Notes under the pieces: generated by a model | Database searches by the model: none | Told to the model about the DNA's origin: nothing | Seen by the model: only the letters and a program-made list of their open reading frames with translations | Position numbers and translations under genes: made by a program | Part shown: positions 53,246 through 64,000 of the stretch, piece after piece | Numbering within the stretch: the first letter of the stretch is position 1 | Layout: each line of letters starts with the position of its first letter | Assembly: GCA_964016885.1 (NCBI GenBank) | Contig: OZ024743.1 | Span: forward strand, 197,036,001 to 197,100,000 | Length of the DNA stretch: 64,000 nucleotides | Direction: 5' to 3' | From: Eledone cirrhosa | Lineage: Eukaryota

Positions 53246-53361
53246 TATTATAAAGAAGAGTCGGGACACAATGGCTGAGCACTTCAACAGCTAGTTCCAG
53301 TCTGGAACTAGCTGTTGAAATGGCAAGAACTCAGCCATTGGGTCCCGACTCTTTATAATAT
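53246..53361. repeat. About 115-bp fold-back palindrome
   Basis: TATTATAAAG..GAGTCGGGAC..AATGGCTGAG..TTCAACAGCTAGTTCCAG / CTGGAACTAGCTGTTGAA..CTCAGCCATT..GTCCCGACTC..TTTATAATA. Confidence 0.9.
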
Positions 53362-53530
53362 ACTACTTTGACACTAAACTACGCCAGTTACAGACTGCGC
53401 ATCAACATGAGAGATTTTTCTCCACAAAGTTCGATCACCAGCAGCAGAGTTTTAAGAGCAGAGATCAAGTCCAGTCCATAAGTTGACATTATATATTATA
53501 CTTGGGACAATGGTGTGTGTATATATATGT

Positions 53531-53873
53531 GGAGGCACATGGCTTAGTGGTTAGGGCATTGGCCTTGCAATCGAAAGGTTGTGAGTTCAATTCTCAGACC
53601 GGGTGATGTGTTGTTTCCTTGAGCAAGACACTTTATTTCACATTGCTCCAGTTTTCTCAGCTGTAGAAATGAGATGATAGGGACTAGGGTCCATATCATT
53701 CCACTGCAAAGTGGTCATGGAGGTGCCATGGCAAAAAAGCACCCAGCACTCACTGTAAAAGAGGTTGGTGTTAGGAAGGGCATCCAGCTGTAGAAATCAA
53801 GCCAAAATCAGTTCCCGTCCCACCCTTGCAAGCAGGGAAAAAGTGGACGTAAAATGAAATGATGATGATGATG

Positions 53874-53875
<2 letters not shown>
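53531..53875 (+). mobile_element. tRNA-derived SINE family B (tRNA head, CORE-like block, RTE tail)
   Basis: A box TGGCTTAGTGG, B box GAGTTCAATTC, RTE-like 3' block, (TGA)n. Confidence 0.9.
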
Positions 53876-53906
<31 letters not shown>

Positions 53907-54641
53907 CATAACTTTCCTGATGATTTCTTATGAATGAAACAGTTCTAGTCCTGTAAACATCATTTCTATAACAAAATAAAGATACCTATACTCTACTAAG
54001 GTATTGAGCACCTGTTTTAACTGTGGTCACCTCCCAATAAACATCGGGAATCCACCTATTACAGTGGAAAGATGATGCAGTAGAAGAAGACAATGGAAAA
54101 CATGTGTGGAGGTGGTGAGAGCTGACCTCAGATCACTAAAGCTCACAGAGTAGATGACGAAGGGCCGTGATGAGTAGAGAGATGCTGAAGTGGACTCGTC
54201 CCACCCTTGCAAGCAGGGAAAAGCAGACATAAAATGATGATGAAACATCATCATTATAAATTTCCATGTTTTCCATTCTGAAACTAAACAGGCCACTTGA
54301 CCACATCCTGCTCTTACATTTCATTATGGCATGGTTTCTACAGCTGGATGGTCTTCCTTATGGTTAGGACTAAATGGAGAACAAGGAATTGAAAAACAAA
54401 AACTGATATTGGGAAATGTTTCTCCTTCTTCATGGCCAACACTGGGTAGACATCTAGTATACAAACACTAACATATATCAGAGGGAACTGTTGAATGGAT
54501 TGAAACACCTGTTCTTCAGTTTAGATGTTATATATGGGTGGGGCAAATATTTGAGGTGAGCTGGAGGTGGGCAGGTGAGATAATAAGTCAGGATTCTTCA
54601 GGATATTACAACACAACATAACAGCTGTAAACACACACACA

Positions 54642-54682
<41 letters not shown>

Positions 54683-54716
54683 ACACACATACATATATAA
54701 GTATGTATTATAATAC

Positions 54717-55110
54717 GGAGGCACATGGCTTAGTGGTTAGGGCATTGGCCTTGCAATCGAAAGGTTGTGAGTTCAATTCTCAGACCGGGTAATGTGTTGT
54801 TTCCTTGAGCAAGACACTTTATTTCACATTGCTCCAGTTTACTCAGCTGTAGAAATGCGATGATAGGACTGGGGTCCCTATCATTCCACTGCAAAGTGGT
54901 CGTGGAGGTGCCACGGCAAAAAAGCACCCGGCCCACACTGTAAAGTGGACGTGTAGGCGCCACGGAATAAAAAGCACCCAGCACTCACTGTAAATGAGGT
55001 TGGTGTTAGGAAGGGCATCCAGCTGTAGAAATCAAGCCAGAATCAGTTCCCGTCCCATCATTGCAAGCAGGGAAAAGCGGACGTAAAATGATGATGATGA
55101 TGATGATGAT
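54717..55110 (+). mobile_element. tRNA-derived SINE family B, full copy
   Basis: As above; 54886-55050 closely matches LINE 3' UTR 27738-27900. Confidence 0.92.
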
Positions 55111-55817
55111 ATATATATTTCAGTAAACAACAAAGCTGAAAGAAGTTCCAATCCAAAGAAAACTGAACAGTTAAAGCAGCCAGAACAAAGACCGTCTTAT
55201 CACCCTCCTCTGCCACCCCACCAACACAACAAACTAAACCCCTTCCCACCACCACCTCTCCCCTATGGAGGGGAGGGAACGAGAAGGGGAACAATCTAAA
55301 GACAAGGTACAAAGAGAATACAACACAAAGAGGAAAGTGTTGAATTAATGAGGGTGATATTTGTTGTAGAATATAATGATGGGAGGAGGGAACCGAGGCT
55401 AGGAGGAGGAGGAGGGTCAGAGAAACAAGGGGAGGAGGAATACAAGAGGGAAGATGCAGACGAGGGGGAGGAAAAAGCATTGCCAGGCTCAACAGGTGAA
55501 GAGACACTACAGTTAGCAATATAAGGTGGCCCATTTGAATGAACTGTATGAAGGTGATCATGTAAAATGTTTGTATTGTAAGCTAGTTTTGTTAGCTAAA
55601 CTAAGCCCTACCATTATTCATCTCCAACAGACAGATTATTCTGGCATGCCAGACACCTAATGGAGAGTGTACATCATAGACACGCCGACAGGTGAAGGGA
55701 ATAAAAAGAATAAATACTGATTAGTTACTGAATATATAAATATATATATATCTTTCTCTTTCTCTCTCTCTCTCTATATATATATATATACACACACACA
55801 CATACATGCATACGTAT

Positions 55818-55990
55818 ATTATCAAAAGTTGGGGCCCGATGGCTGAGCTCTTGCTGTTTCAACAACTAGTTCTAGTCAGTTTTGAACTAGCTGTTGAAAT
55901 AGCAGGAGCTCAGCTGTTGCCCCCCCCCCCCCCCTCTGACACTTTACAATATAGTTATACTCTACTATCCCAAGTATTCAGTACTTTGTT
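55818..55990. repeat. Second copy of the fold-back element
   Basis: GCTGAGCTCTTGCTGTTTCAACAACTAGTTC / GAACTAGCTGTTGAAATAGCAGGAGCTCAGC, then ACTCTACTATCCCAAGTATTCAGTACT. Confidence 0.85.
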
Positions 55991-56807
55991 GAGCATGTTG
56001 TCTGAGGCTCTACAAGAGATCATTTGAGATATAAATATCCCAGAAACACTTTACATTCGGTTCTTAAAAGAAACTGAAATGCTAGAGAGAGTAATGTAAA
56101 TGCCAAAGGGTTAAGCCTGCTCAGTCTCATTGTCCTTGACTTTGTAGTTTCCAGGGTGTTTACGTCTCAAATTTTGAAACACTCTGGATATGTCTCTGAG
56201 AGTGTGTGTGTGTGTGTGTGTGCATGTGTGTGTACGTGCATGTGAGATGTGAGTGAGTGTAAGTGCATGAGCGCATGTGTATGTGCTTGCTATTAATCCA
56301 TGCCAAACTTTGAGAAGAAAAAAAAACAAAGTAAAAAATACAAATGTATACTATGATGATGATGACAATGATGATGATAATGACAAGACAACAACAATGA
56401 TAAACACATCAAAGTTGTAATTTTCTGAGGTTTTTATCTTGGTTGTGAAAAATCGTAAATTTTTCAATATACCAATGTCTTACTAACAAGTGAGGCCATT
56501 GCAACATGTCAATCAAATAATCGAATTTCTTGAAAAACACTAAAACAAATTAAGAAACAACCACCACCACACAAAAAAAAACAAACTAAAAATAAATATA
56601 TAACTGAATAAAATAAAAAAGTTTGAAATAGCATTTCAGTTTCTTTTAAGAACCGAATGTAAAGTGTTATGTACAAGGTTTGAAAGAAAGTTAAGACAAG
56701 AGGCAGATAGTTGTTTATACATGTGTCTATCTGAATGAGAGCATTAAGAATGGTATATTGTATACACAAGCATTATATATACATCTGTGTGTATGTATGT
56801 TAAACAA

Positions 56808-57003
56808 GGGGCGGTGAATTGGCAGTATCGGTAGAGAGTCGGACGCCATGCTTTCCAGCATAGTTACGTCCCTTTACGGTCTGAGTTCAAATCCCGCCAA
56901 GGTTAACTTTGCCGTTCATCCTTACGGGGTCGATAAAATAAAGTACCAGTAATGTACTGGGTAATTGCTGGCCTTGTGTCTAAAGTAGAAACAATTATTA
57001 TTA
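56808..57003 (+). mobile_element. SINE family A, full copy
   Basis: GGGGCGGTGAATTGGCAGTATCGG..GAGTTCAAATCC..(ATT)n tail. Confidence 0.92.
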
Positions 57004-57039
57004 TCATATATATATATATACGTGTGTGTATATATATAA

Positions 57040-57640
57040 TAACGAAGGAAGTGTGGTAATGAACCAGATGGACCATAACGCACCAGAGTACTCAATACTT
57101 AGGGTAGTAGAGTGGGTAATAGGAAAAAGTTTAACCTCAAGCCGTTTCGACAGCTATTTCTGGACTAAATTAGAATTTTTAGCCTGGTAATAAATAGCCT
57201 TACTTTTCAAGAGGTAATTCCTTATATGGGAAGATTATAGGTGTCAAAAGAATTGGTCAACATTTCATGTAAACACAATTAAATCTTTCATGGCAGTGGG
57301 GAGGTGGTGGGCGTGACTGGACTTGCCTGTAGAACAATGAGGAAGTGGGTGGAGCCGGTCAAGCGTTGAATGTGAATTCTATACAGCAAATTCTAAGGAG
57401 TGTGTATGAAATTAGGCTAGTTAGGAAGCAGGCAAAGAAGGATACTGAGAGTGGAACATTATAGAAATGGTTAATAAATTGAGATTAAAAGATAATAAAT
57501 AAAAAAAATAAAATAATAAAATTAAATAGTGAAAATAATAAAAAAATCTCTAGAGTCTAAAGCAGTTGCTATATTTTTAATCTCAATTTATTAACCATTT
57601 CTATAATGTCCCACTCTTCTTAGCCTGCTTCCTAACTCCT
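57040..57640 (-). mobile_element. Element with shared terminal motif, degenerate hammerhead (57134-57215) and a large inverted repeat
   Basis: 57040-57135 matches 58150-58240 in reverse; inverted arms at about 57419-57490 and 57574-57637. Confidence 0.6.
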
Positions 57641-57734
57641 GCTAATGCCTGCTTCCTAAATCACCCCCCACCCTTTTACCATCAATTTTTTTTTTGTCAC
57701 ATATTTCTCGGGTATATATGGTATATTCTTTATT

Positions 57735-58590
57735 GAAGCAACCATGTTGCATTGGACGTGCAATGTAAATGTGAAAGAAATGCATAGCTTGGATGAGCTG
57801 AAAGAGAAGCTGGATTTAAGAGGAATCTGAGATGGTGTGCAGGAGAGAAAATTGACTGCGTTGCTATGGACATGTGATGTGCATGGAGAATGAGCGATGG
57901 GTGAAGAATTGCTAGGAAATCTAAGTGGAAGGAAGTCACAATAGAGGACGACATAGAAAGACCTGGACAGAGGTTGTGATAGCTGACCTCAATTCGCTAA
58001 GAGCATCAGAGGAGATGACGAAGGAACGCGACTAATGGAGAGATACCATGCTGAGAAAGACCCGTTCAACCCATACAAGCATGGAAATGATATATATATA
58101 TATATATATGAAAATCTTTAACCCCGATGGCTTTGAGGTCTGCCGTCGGGGTTAAACATTTTCCTATTACCCACTCTACTACCCTAAGTATTAAGTTCCC
58201 TGGTTATGGTCCATCTGGTTCCTTACCACACTTCCTTCATTATATATATATTACGCAGTAATACAGAGTACCCGACCTCCCATGGGTACAAGCAGAAGCA
58301 TATAGACAATATGCCCCCACCGCAAGGTGGAGGTGCCACGGCAAAAAAGCACCCAGCCCACACTGTAAAGTGGACGTGTAGGCGCCACGAAAAAGCACCC
58401 AACACTCACTGTAAATGAGGTTGGTGTTAGGAAGGGCATCCAGCTGTAGAAATCAAGCCCAAACCAGTTCCTGTATGAGCAAGGCATGGTCAGCCGACCA
58501 GACACTGCCCACAACAGGACAACTCGTCTAACCCATGCTAGCGTGGAAGAATGGACATAAAACGGTCATGATGATGATGATGATGATGAT
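57735..58590 (+). mobile_element. RTE 3' fragments separated by a (TA)n-flanked fold-back element (58110-58240)
   Basis: CYGHVMCM remnant; 58252-58590 matches LINE 27664-28013. Confidence 0.8.
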
Positions 58591-58887
58591 ACACACACAC
58601 ACACACACACATTGGCAGAGTCGTTAGAACTTCAGATAGAATGCTTTGTGTTATTCATTCCGGCTTTCTCTTCTCTCAGTTCAAATCACACTAAGGTTAA
58701 CATTGCCTTATATATATATAGGGATTGTTACGTCCAGTTACTTTAGGTTCACCAGAGGGAGCACTCGGTGCGTAGCTTCCAGTAAGTATGGAGTCGGGCT
58801 AGATCAATACAGATTGAACCTTGAGCTGATCAATAGCAAAACATGCGGCACTACTCAATAAACATAATAAAAACATAACAATGATCC

Positions 58888-59073
58888 TGGTTTGGCAGTA
58901 CCGGTAGAGTGTCAGACACCATGATTTGCAGCATAGGAGTTATGGCCCTTTACACCCTAAGTTCAAATCCCGGCGAGGTTAAATTTGCCTTTCATCCTTA
59001 CGGGGTCGATAAAATAAAGTACCTGTAATACACTGGGATAATTGCTGGGCTTGTGCCAAAAAGTAGAAACAAT

Positions 59074-59078
<5 letters not shown>
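58888..59078 (+). mobile_element. SINE family A
   Basis: Family A body. Confidence 0.85.
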
Positions 59079-59127
<49 letters not shown>

Positions 59128-60189
59128 GGATTAACAAATAATAGTTAAATGCAGTCCACTTAGGTGAAGTCCAGTTATGGTATTCCAGGTAGTGGATGAT
59201 ATTAACGCTTGGCTTGGTTTGACTCAACAAGGCGTTTTCATAATGATGCTGCGGGTATGCCGTAATTCCTATGTTGTAAACACTTGGAGTAATAATAAAT
59301 CAGGAAAGAAGGTTTACATGGTTTGCTATACAAAAAAGTTTTTAATCACATAGCTTACATTTGTTTCACTGAACTGGTATGTCTAGAGATCGCTATTCGC
59401 TTAATTTTGCGTTACTCGATCGCCAATACAGAATTATAACCAGTCAGATCTTCGGAGCATGCGAGAATGAAGAAAATACACAGGCAAGAAAAGAAAAGAA
59501 AATACAGGCTACTATAGTAATGGCATTCAATTAGAACAATAACAACAATTACAACAATGCTATCAATAAATTATTTAAGGAGACCCTGACATTACTTAGG
59601 TGGGGGGTATATAATGTATCTAATGTTATGGCGTGTAAAACTAGCTGACATAAGGCAAAATGAAGCGTTGGCATGTACAAAGTATCGTAGTGTATATCAA
59701 TTTTAAATTATAAAGATAAGCTAGTTTTTACAGTCTTTCTCTTCATCTTCAACAGTATACATGAGTGGGACCACTGTCAAAGCTAAATAGTTGTAGAGTT
59801 AATACAGAGGTTAACGAATTAATATATGCATATATTTACGCATACACACACACACACATATATATATATATTTATTAAAATAACAGATTAAAGTTTAAGC
59901 AAAGAATCGCTGCTTTCACCCTTAACGGTTCTTATATATTTGATATATATTTATCTTTATCGAGCCCTCTTTGGATTTTAGTCTTTAAATTTATTATTAT
60001 TAATATATATATATATATATACACACACATACACACACACAAAGACGTATGAATAAATAACTTCCATTAACATCGTAGACAACCACCAATCTTCACATAT
60101 TGCAGAGTCATGCGACATCTGTACATTCTGTCAGTCTTCCTTGTCCAGTCCTTGATCTCATCATTCCAATCTCCAGTGTTTCCCATGAC

Positions 60190-60480
60190 AAGTGTACCAG
60201 TTGACCAAATTACAGAACACCCAACTTGTGAAACAATACATGCAAATGGCTGAGGCTGAGCATTTCACAGACATGTGCACCCTTAACAGAGTTGAGTTCT
60301 CAGGAAAGATTCAGCATGACACAAGTATGCCAAGGTTGGCCCTTTGAATTATTTTGTTAGCTGGGTGGACTGGAACAATGTGAAATAAAGTGTTTTGTAG
60401 AAGAACACAAAGCACTGCCAAGATTTGAACTAGTGACCTTAGGAGAGTTAGCTAAACAATCTGACCTCTAAGCCACACTC
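60190..60480 (-). mobile_element. CORE-like SINE, diverged
   Basis: CAATGTGAAATAAAGTGT block; similar to 34395-34710. Confidence 0.6.
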
Positions 60481-62312
60481 CTTCACACACACATGAATAT
60501 CTGTATAGAAACACATTATCTCACATATATATGTGTGTGTCTGTATGTATATAATAATAATAATAATGAAATTATTGTGTACAGTGCTCAGGTGCACTAC
60601 AACTCATCAAAGGTGCATGTATAGTACATAGAATAATGTACAAATGTCAGGAAAATAAACAGTGTATGAGTCATGATATAATAACAATAACGAAATATTG
60701 TGCACAGTGCCCAGGTGCACCACAACTCATCAAAAAAGTGCATGTACAGTACATAGGGCAATGCACAAACATCAGTAAAATGAACAGTGCACGAGTCATG
60801 ATACACACATGTGTGCATGTGTATGGAAGGGGTACATCAGGTGTAGTTTTGGCGTATTTTGTATGAGTGTATGTATGTGTGTATGTATCTATGCATGCAT
60901 GTAAGTATGTATGTATTTATGTATGTACATGTGTATCTATGTATGTATGTATCTGTGTATGCATGTATATATACATATATGTCAGTGTGTATCTAAGTAT
61001 CTATGTATGTATGTATGTATGTATGTATGTATGTATGTATAAATGTGTGTAATATCTATATACGCATGTAAGTAAGTAAAGACTTCTGTTTCATGAATGG
61101 TTTCCCATAGAAATTCTATAGGAAACGCTACAAACTCTACAGCTCTATATCTCAACGTCACTACTTACAACAATAAAGTCACTACACTTCAGTGTATAAG
61201 TGTGTTTGTGTGTAAACAAAAATGACTGTTAAAAGCATCTGGAACAGTAAAGCACAGAAATATATTGGGGGATGGGGTAGCTGTAGGGTTGGGGTGAGGA
61301 GGAAGAAGTTGAAGGAAATCTAAACATTTTTTTTTTTTTTTTTCCAAATTTTGTTTTGAAAATAACAGAAAATTAAAATAATTAAGAGCTTGGTCAAATA
61401 AAATACTTTAAGAAAAAATAAATATATTTCAAGGAGAGAGATAAGAAACAATGTTGTATATTATTTTGTAGAAGTGTTAAATGTGTGTGTGAACATGTGT
61501 GAATATGTGTCTGTGTGAATGCGTGTTTCAATGTGTGAATGCGTGTTTGATTGTGTGAATGTGTGTTTGATTGTGTGAATGTGTGTTTGATTATGTTAAT
61601 GTGTGTTTGATTGTATGAATGTGTGTTTGTGTGTGTATGAATGTGTGAATGTGTGTTTCAATATGTATTTGTATGTGTGTGAATGTGTGTTTGAATGTGT
61701 CAATTTGTGTTGATGTGTGAATGGATGTTTCAATGTGTGTTTGATTGTGTGAATGTGTAAATGTGTATTTCAATGTGTGAATGTGTCAATTTGTGTTGAT
61801 GTGTGAATGTGTCAATGTGTGTTTGAATATGCATTTGTGTGCTTGAATGAGTGAATGTGTGTCTGTGTATTTGAATGAGGTAATGTATGTTTATGAATGT
61901 GTAAATGTGTGTTAGTGTATGTGAATGTATATTTGTGTTAAAGGGGGTGAACTAGTAAGTTAATAAAGAAGCCTCCCCCCAAAAAAACAAACAAAAAAAA
62001 ACAAACAAACGAAACAATGAAAAAAAAAAGACAGGAAAAAACAGGAACATTAAACAATAAAGGAAACGAAAAATGCATATTGTTATAATTGAGTGCTAAA
62101 GTGTAGTTTGTCACCAGTAATTGAATATGACCAATTTTGGTACAGTTTCCTAGTATTGAAAGCTATAAGTATTGAAAGCTTTGTCATGTAGTGATGCAAA
62201 GGAGTTTCGTGAATTAGATTGTTTATATGTGAGAGGAAGTGCATAAAAACTGCATAATTATATTTTTGTTTTCTATGTTGGTATGGCATGGACCATGTTT
62301 GCACAAATGTTG

Positions 62313-64000
62313 GTATATAGACCAACAGTTCTTCTGTATATAGACCAACAGTTCTCCTGTATATAGACCAGTGGTTCTTCTGTATATAGACCAACAGTTC
62401 TCCTGTATATAGACCAACAGTTCTCCTGTATATAGACCAACAGTTCTCCTGTATATAGACCAGTGGTTCTCCTGTATATAAACCAGTGGTTCTCCTGTAT
62501 ATAGACCAACAGTGCTCCTGTATATAGATCAACAGTTCTCCTGTATATAGACCAACAGTTCTCCTGTATATAGACCAACAGTTCTCTTGTATATAGACCA
62601 ACAGTTCTCCTGTATATAGACCAACAGTTCTCCTGTATATAGACCAACAGTTCTCCTGTATATAGACCAACAGTTCTCCTGTATATAGACCAGTGGTTCT
62701 CCTGTATATAGACCAACAGTTCTCCTGTATATAGACCAGTGGTTCTCCTGTATATAGACCAACAGTTCTCCTGTATATAGACCAACAGTTCTCCTGTATA
62801 TAGACCAACAGTTCTCCTGTATATAGACCAACAGTTCTCCTGTATATAGACCAGTGGTTCACCTGTATATAAACCAGTGGTTCTCCTGTATATAGACCAA
62901 CAGTTCTCCTGTATATAGACCAACAGTTCTCCTGTATATAGACCAGTGGTTCACCTGTATATAAACCAGTGGTTCTCCTGTATATAGACCAACAGTTCTC
63001 CTGTATATAGACCAACAGTTCTCCTGTATATAGACCAGTGGTTCACCTGTATATAAACCAGTGGTTCTCCTGTATATAGACCAACAGTTCTCCTGTATAT
63101 AGACCAACAGTTCTCCTGTATATAGACCAACAGTTCTCCTGTATATAGACCAACAGTTCTAATGTATAGGGACCAACAGTTCTCCTGTATATAGACCAAC
63201 AGTTCTCCTGTATATAGACCAACAGTTCTCCTGTATATAGACCAACAGTTCTCCTGTATATAGACCAGTGGTTCTCCAGTATATAGACCAACAGTTCTCC
63301 TGTATATAGACCAACAGTTCTCCTGTATATAGACCAGTGGTTCTCCTGTATATAGACCAACAGTTCTCCTGTATATAGACCAACAGTTCTCCTGTATATA
63401 GACCAGTGGTTCTTCTGTATATAGACCAACAGTTCTCCTGTATATAGACCAACAGTTCTCCTGTATATAGACCAACAGTTCTCCTGTATATAGACCAGTG
63501 GTTCTCCTGTATATAAACCAGTGGTTCTCCTGTATATAGACCAACAGTGCTCCTGTATATAGATCAACAGTTCTCCTGTATATAGACCAACAGTTCTCCT
63601 GTATATAGACCAACAGTTCTCTTGTATATAGACCAACAGTTCTCCTGTATATAGACCAACAGTTCTCCTGTATATAGACCAACAGTTCTCCTGTATATAG
63701 ACCAACAGTTCTCCTGTATATAGACCAGTGGTTCTCCTGTATATAGACCAACAGTTCTCCTGTATATAGACCAGTGGTTCTCCTGTATATAGACCAACAG
63801 TTCTCCTGTATATAGACCAACAGTTCTCCTGTATATAGACCAACAGTTCTCCTGTATATAGACCAACAGTTCTCCTGTATATAGACCAGTGGTTCACCTG
63901 TATATAAACCAGTGGTTCTCCTGTATATAGACCAACAGTTCTCCTGTATATAGACCAACAGTTCTCCTGTATATAGACCAACAGTTCTCCTGTATATAGA
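62313..64000. repeat. 23-bp minisatellite GTATATAGACCA(ACA/GTG)GTTCTCCT, running off the window
   Basis: Direct; explains the VYIQENCW ORFs. Confidence 0.98.

Noticed and set aside
53531-53603. Functional tRNA gene
   Set aside because: Cloverleaf pairing is poor and the sequence continues into a SINE body and tail in both copies.
62083-63981. VYIQENCW-repeat ORFs
   Set aside because: The 23-bp unit is not a multiple of 3; all minus-strand frames are open.

Overview
AT-rich, microsatellite-dense eukaryotic DNA. The SINE, RTE and MITE repertoire resembles an octopod cephalopod (inferred from recalled repeat families, not searched). No complete host gene is recognisable, and the very long ORFs are stop-free readings of tandem repeats. 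The window holds three large minisatellites (44-52, 27/29 and 23 bp units), a near full-length decayed RTE LINE (about 24.2-28.0 kb), many 5'-truncated RTE fragments, tRNA-derived SINEs, TTAA piggyBac-type MITEs, hAT and Tc1 MITEs, and a mariner remnant. Most notable: (1) up to six hammerhead-ribozyme-like motifs, one well formed with a 76-nt stem II, next to short fold-back elements in (TA)n tracts that may be Penelope-like; (2) a C4HC3 PHD-type finger inside the RT region of two RTE families; (3) a unique-sequence island at 8.4-8.7 kb with a strong acceptor, a short coding-like exon and a miRNA-sized hairpin; (4) splice and promoter signals suggesting a minus-strand transcript.
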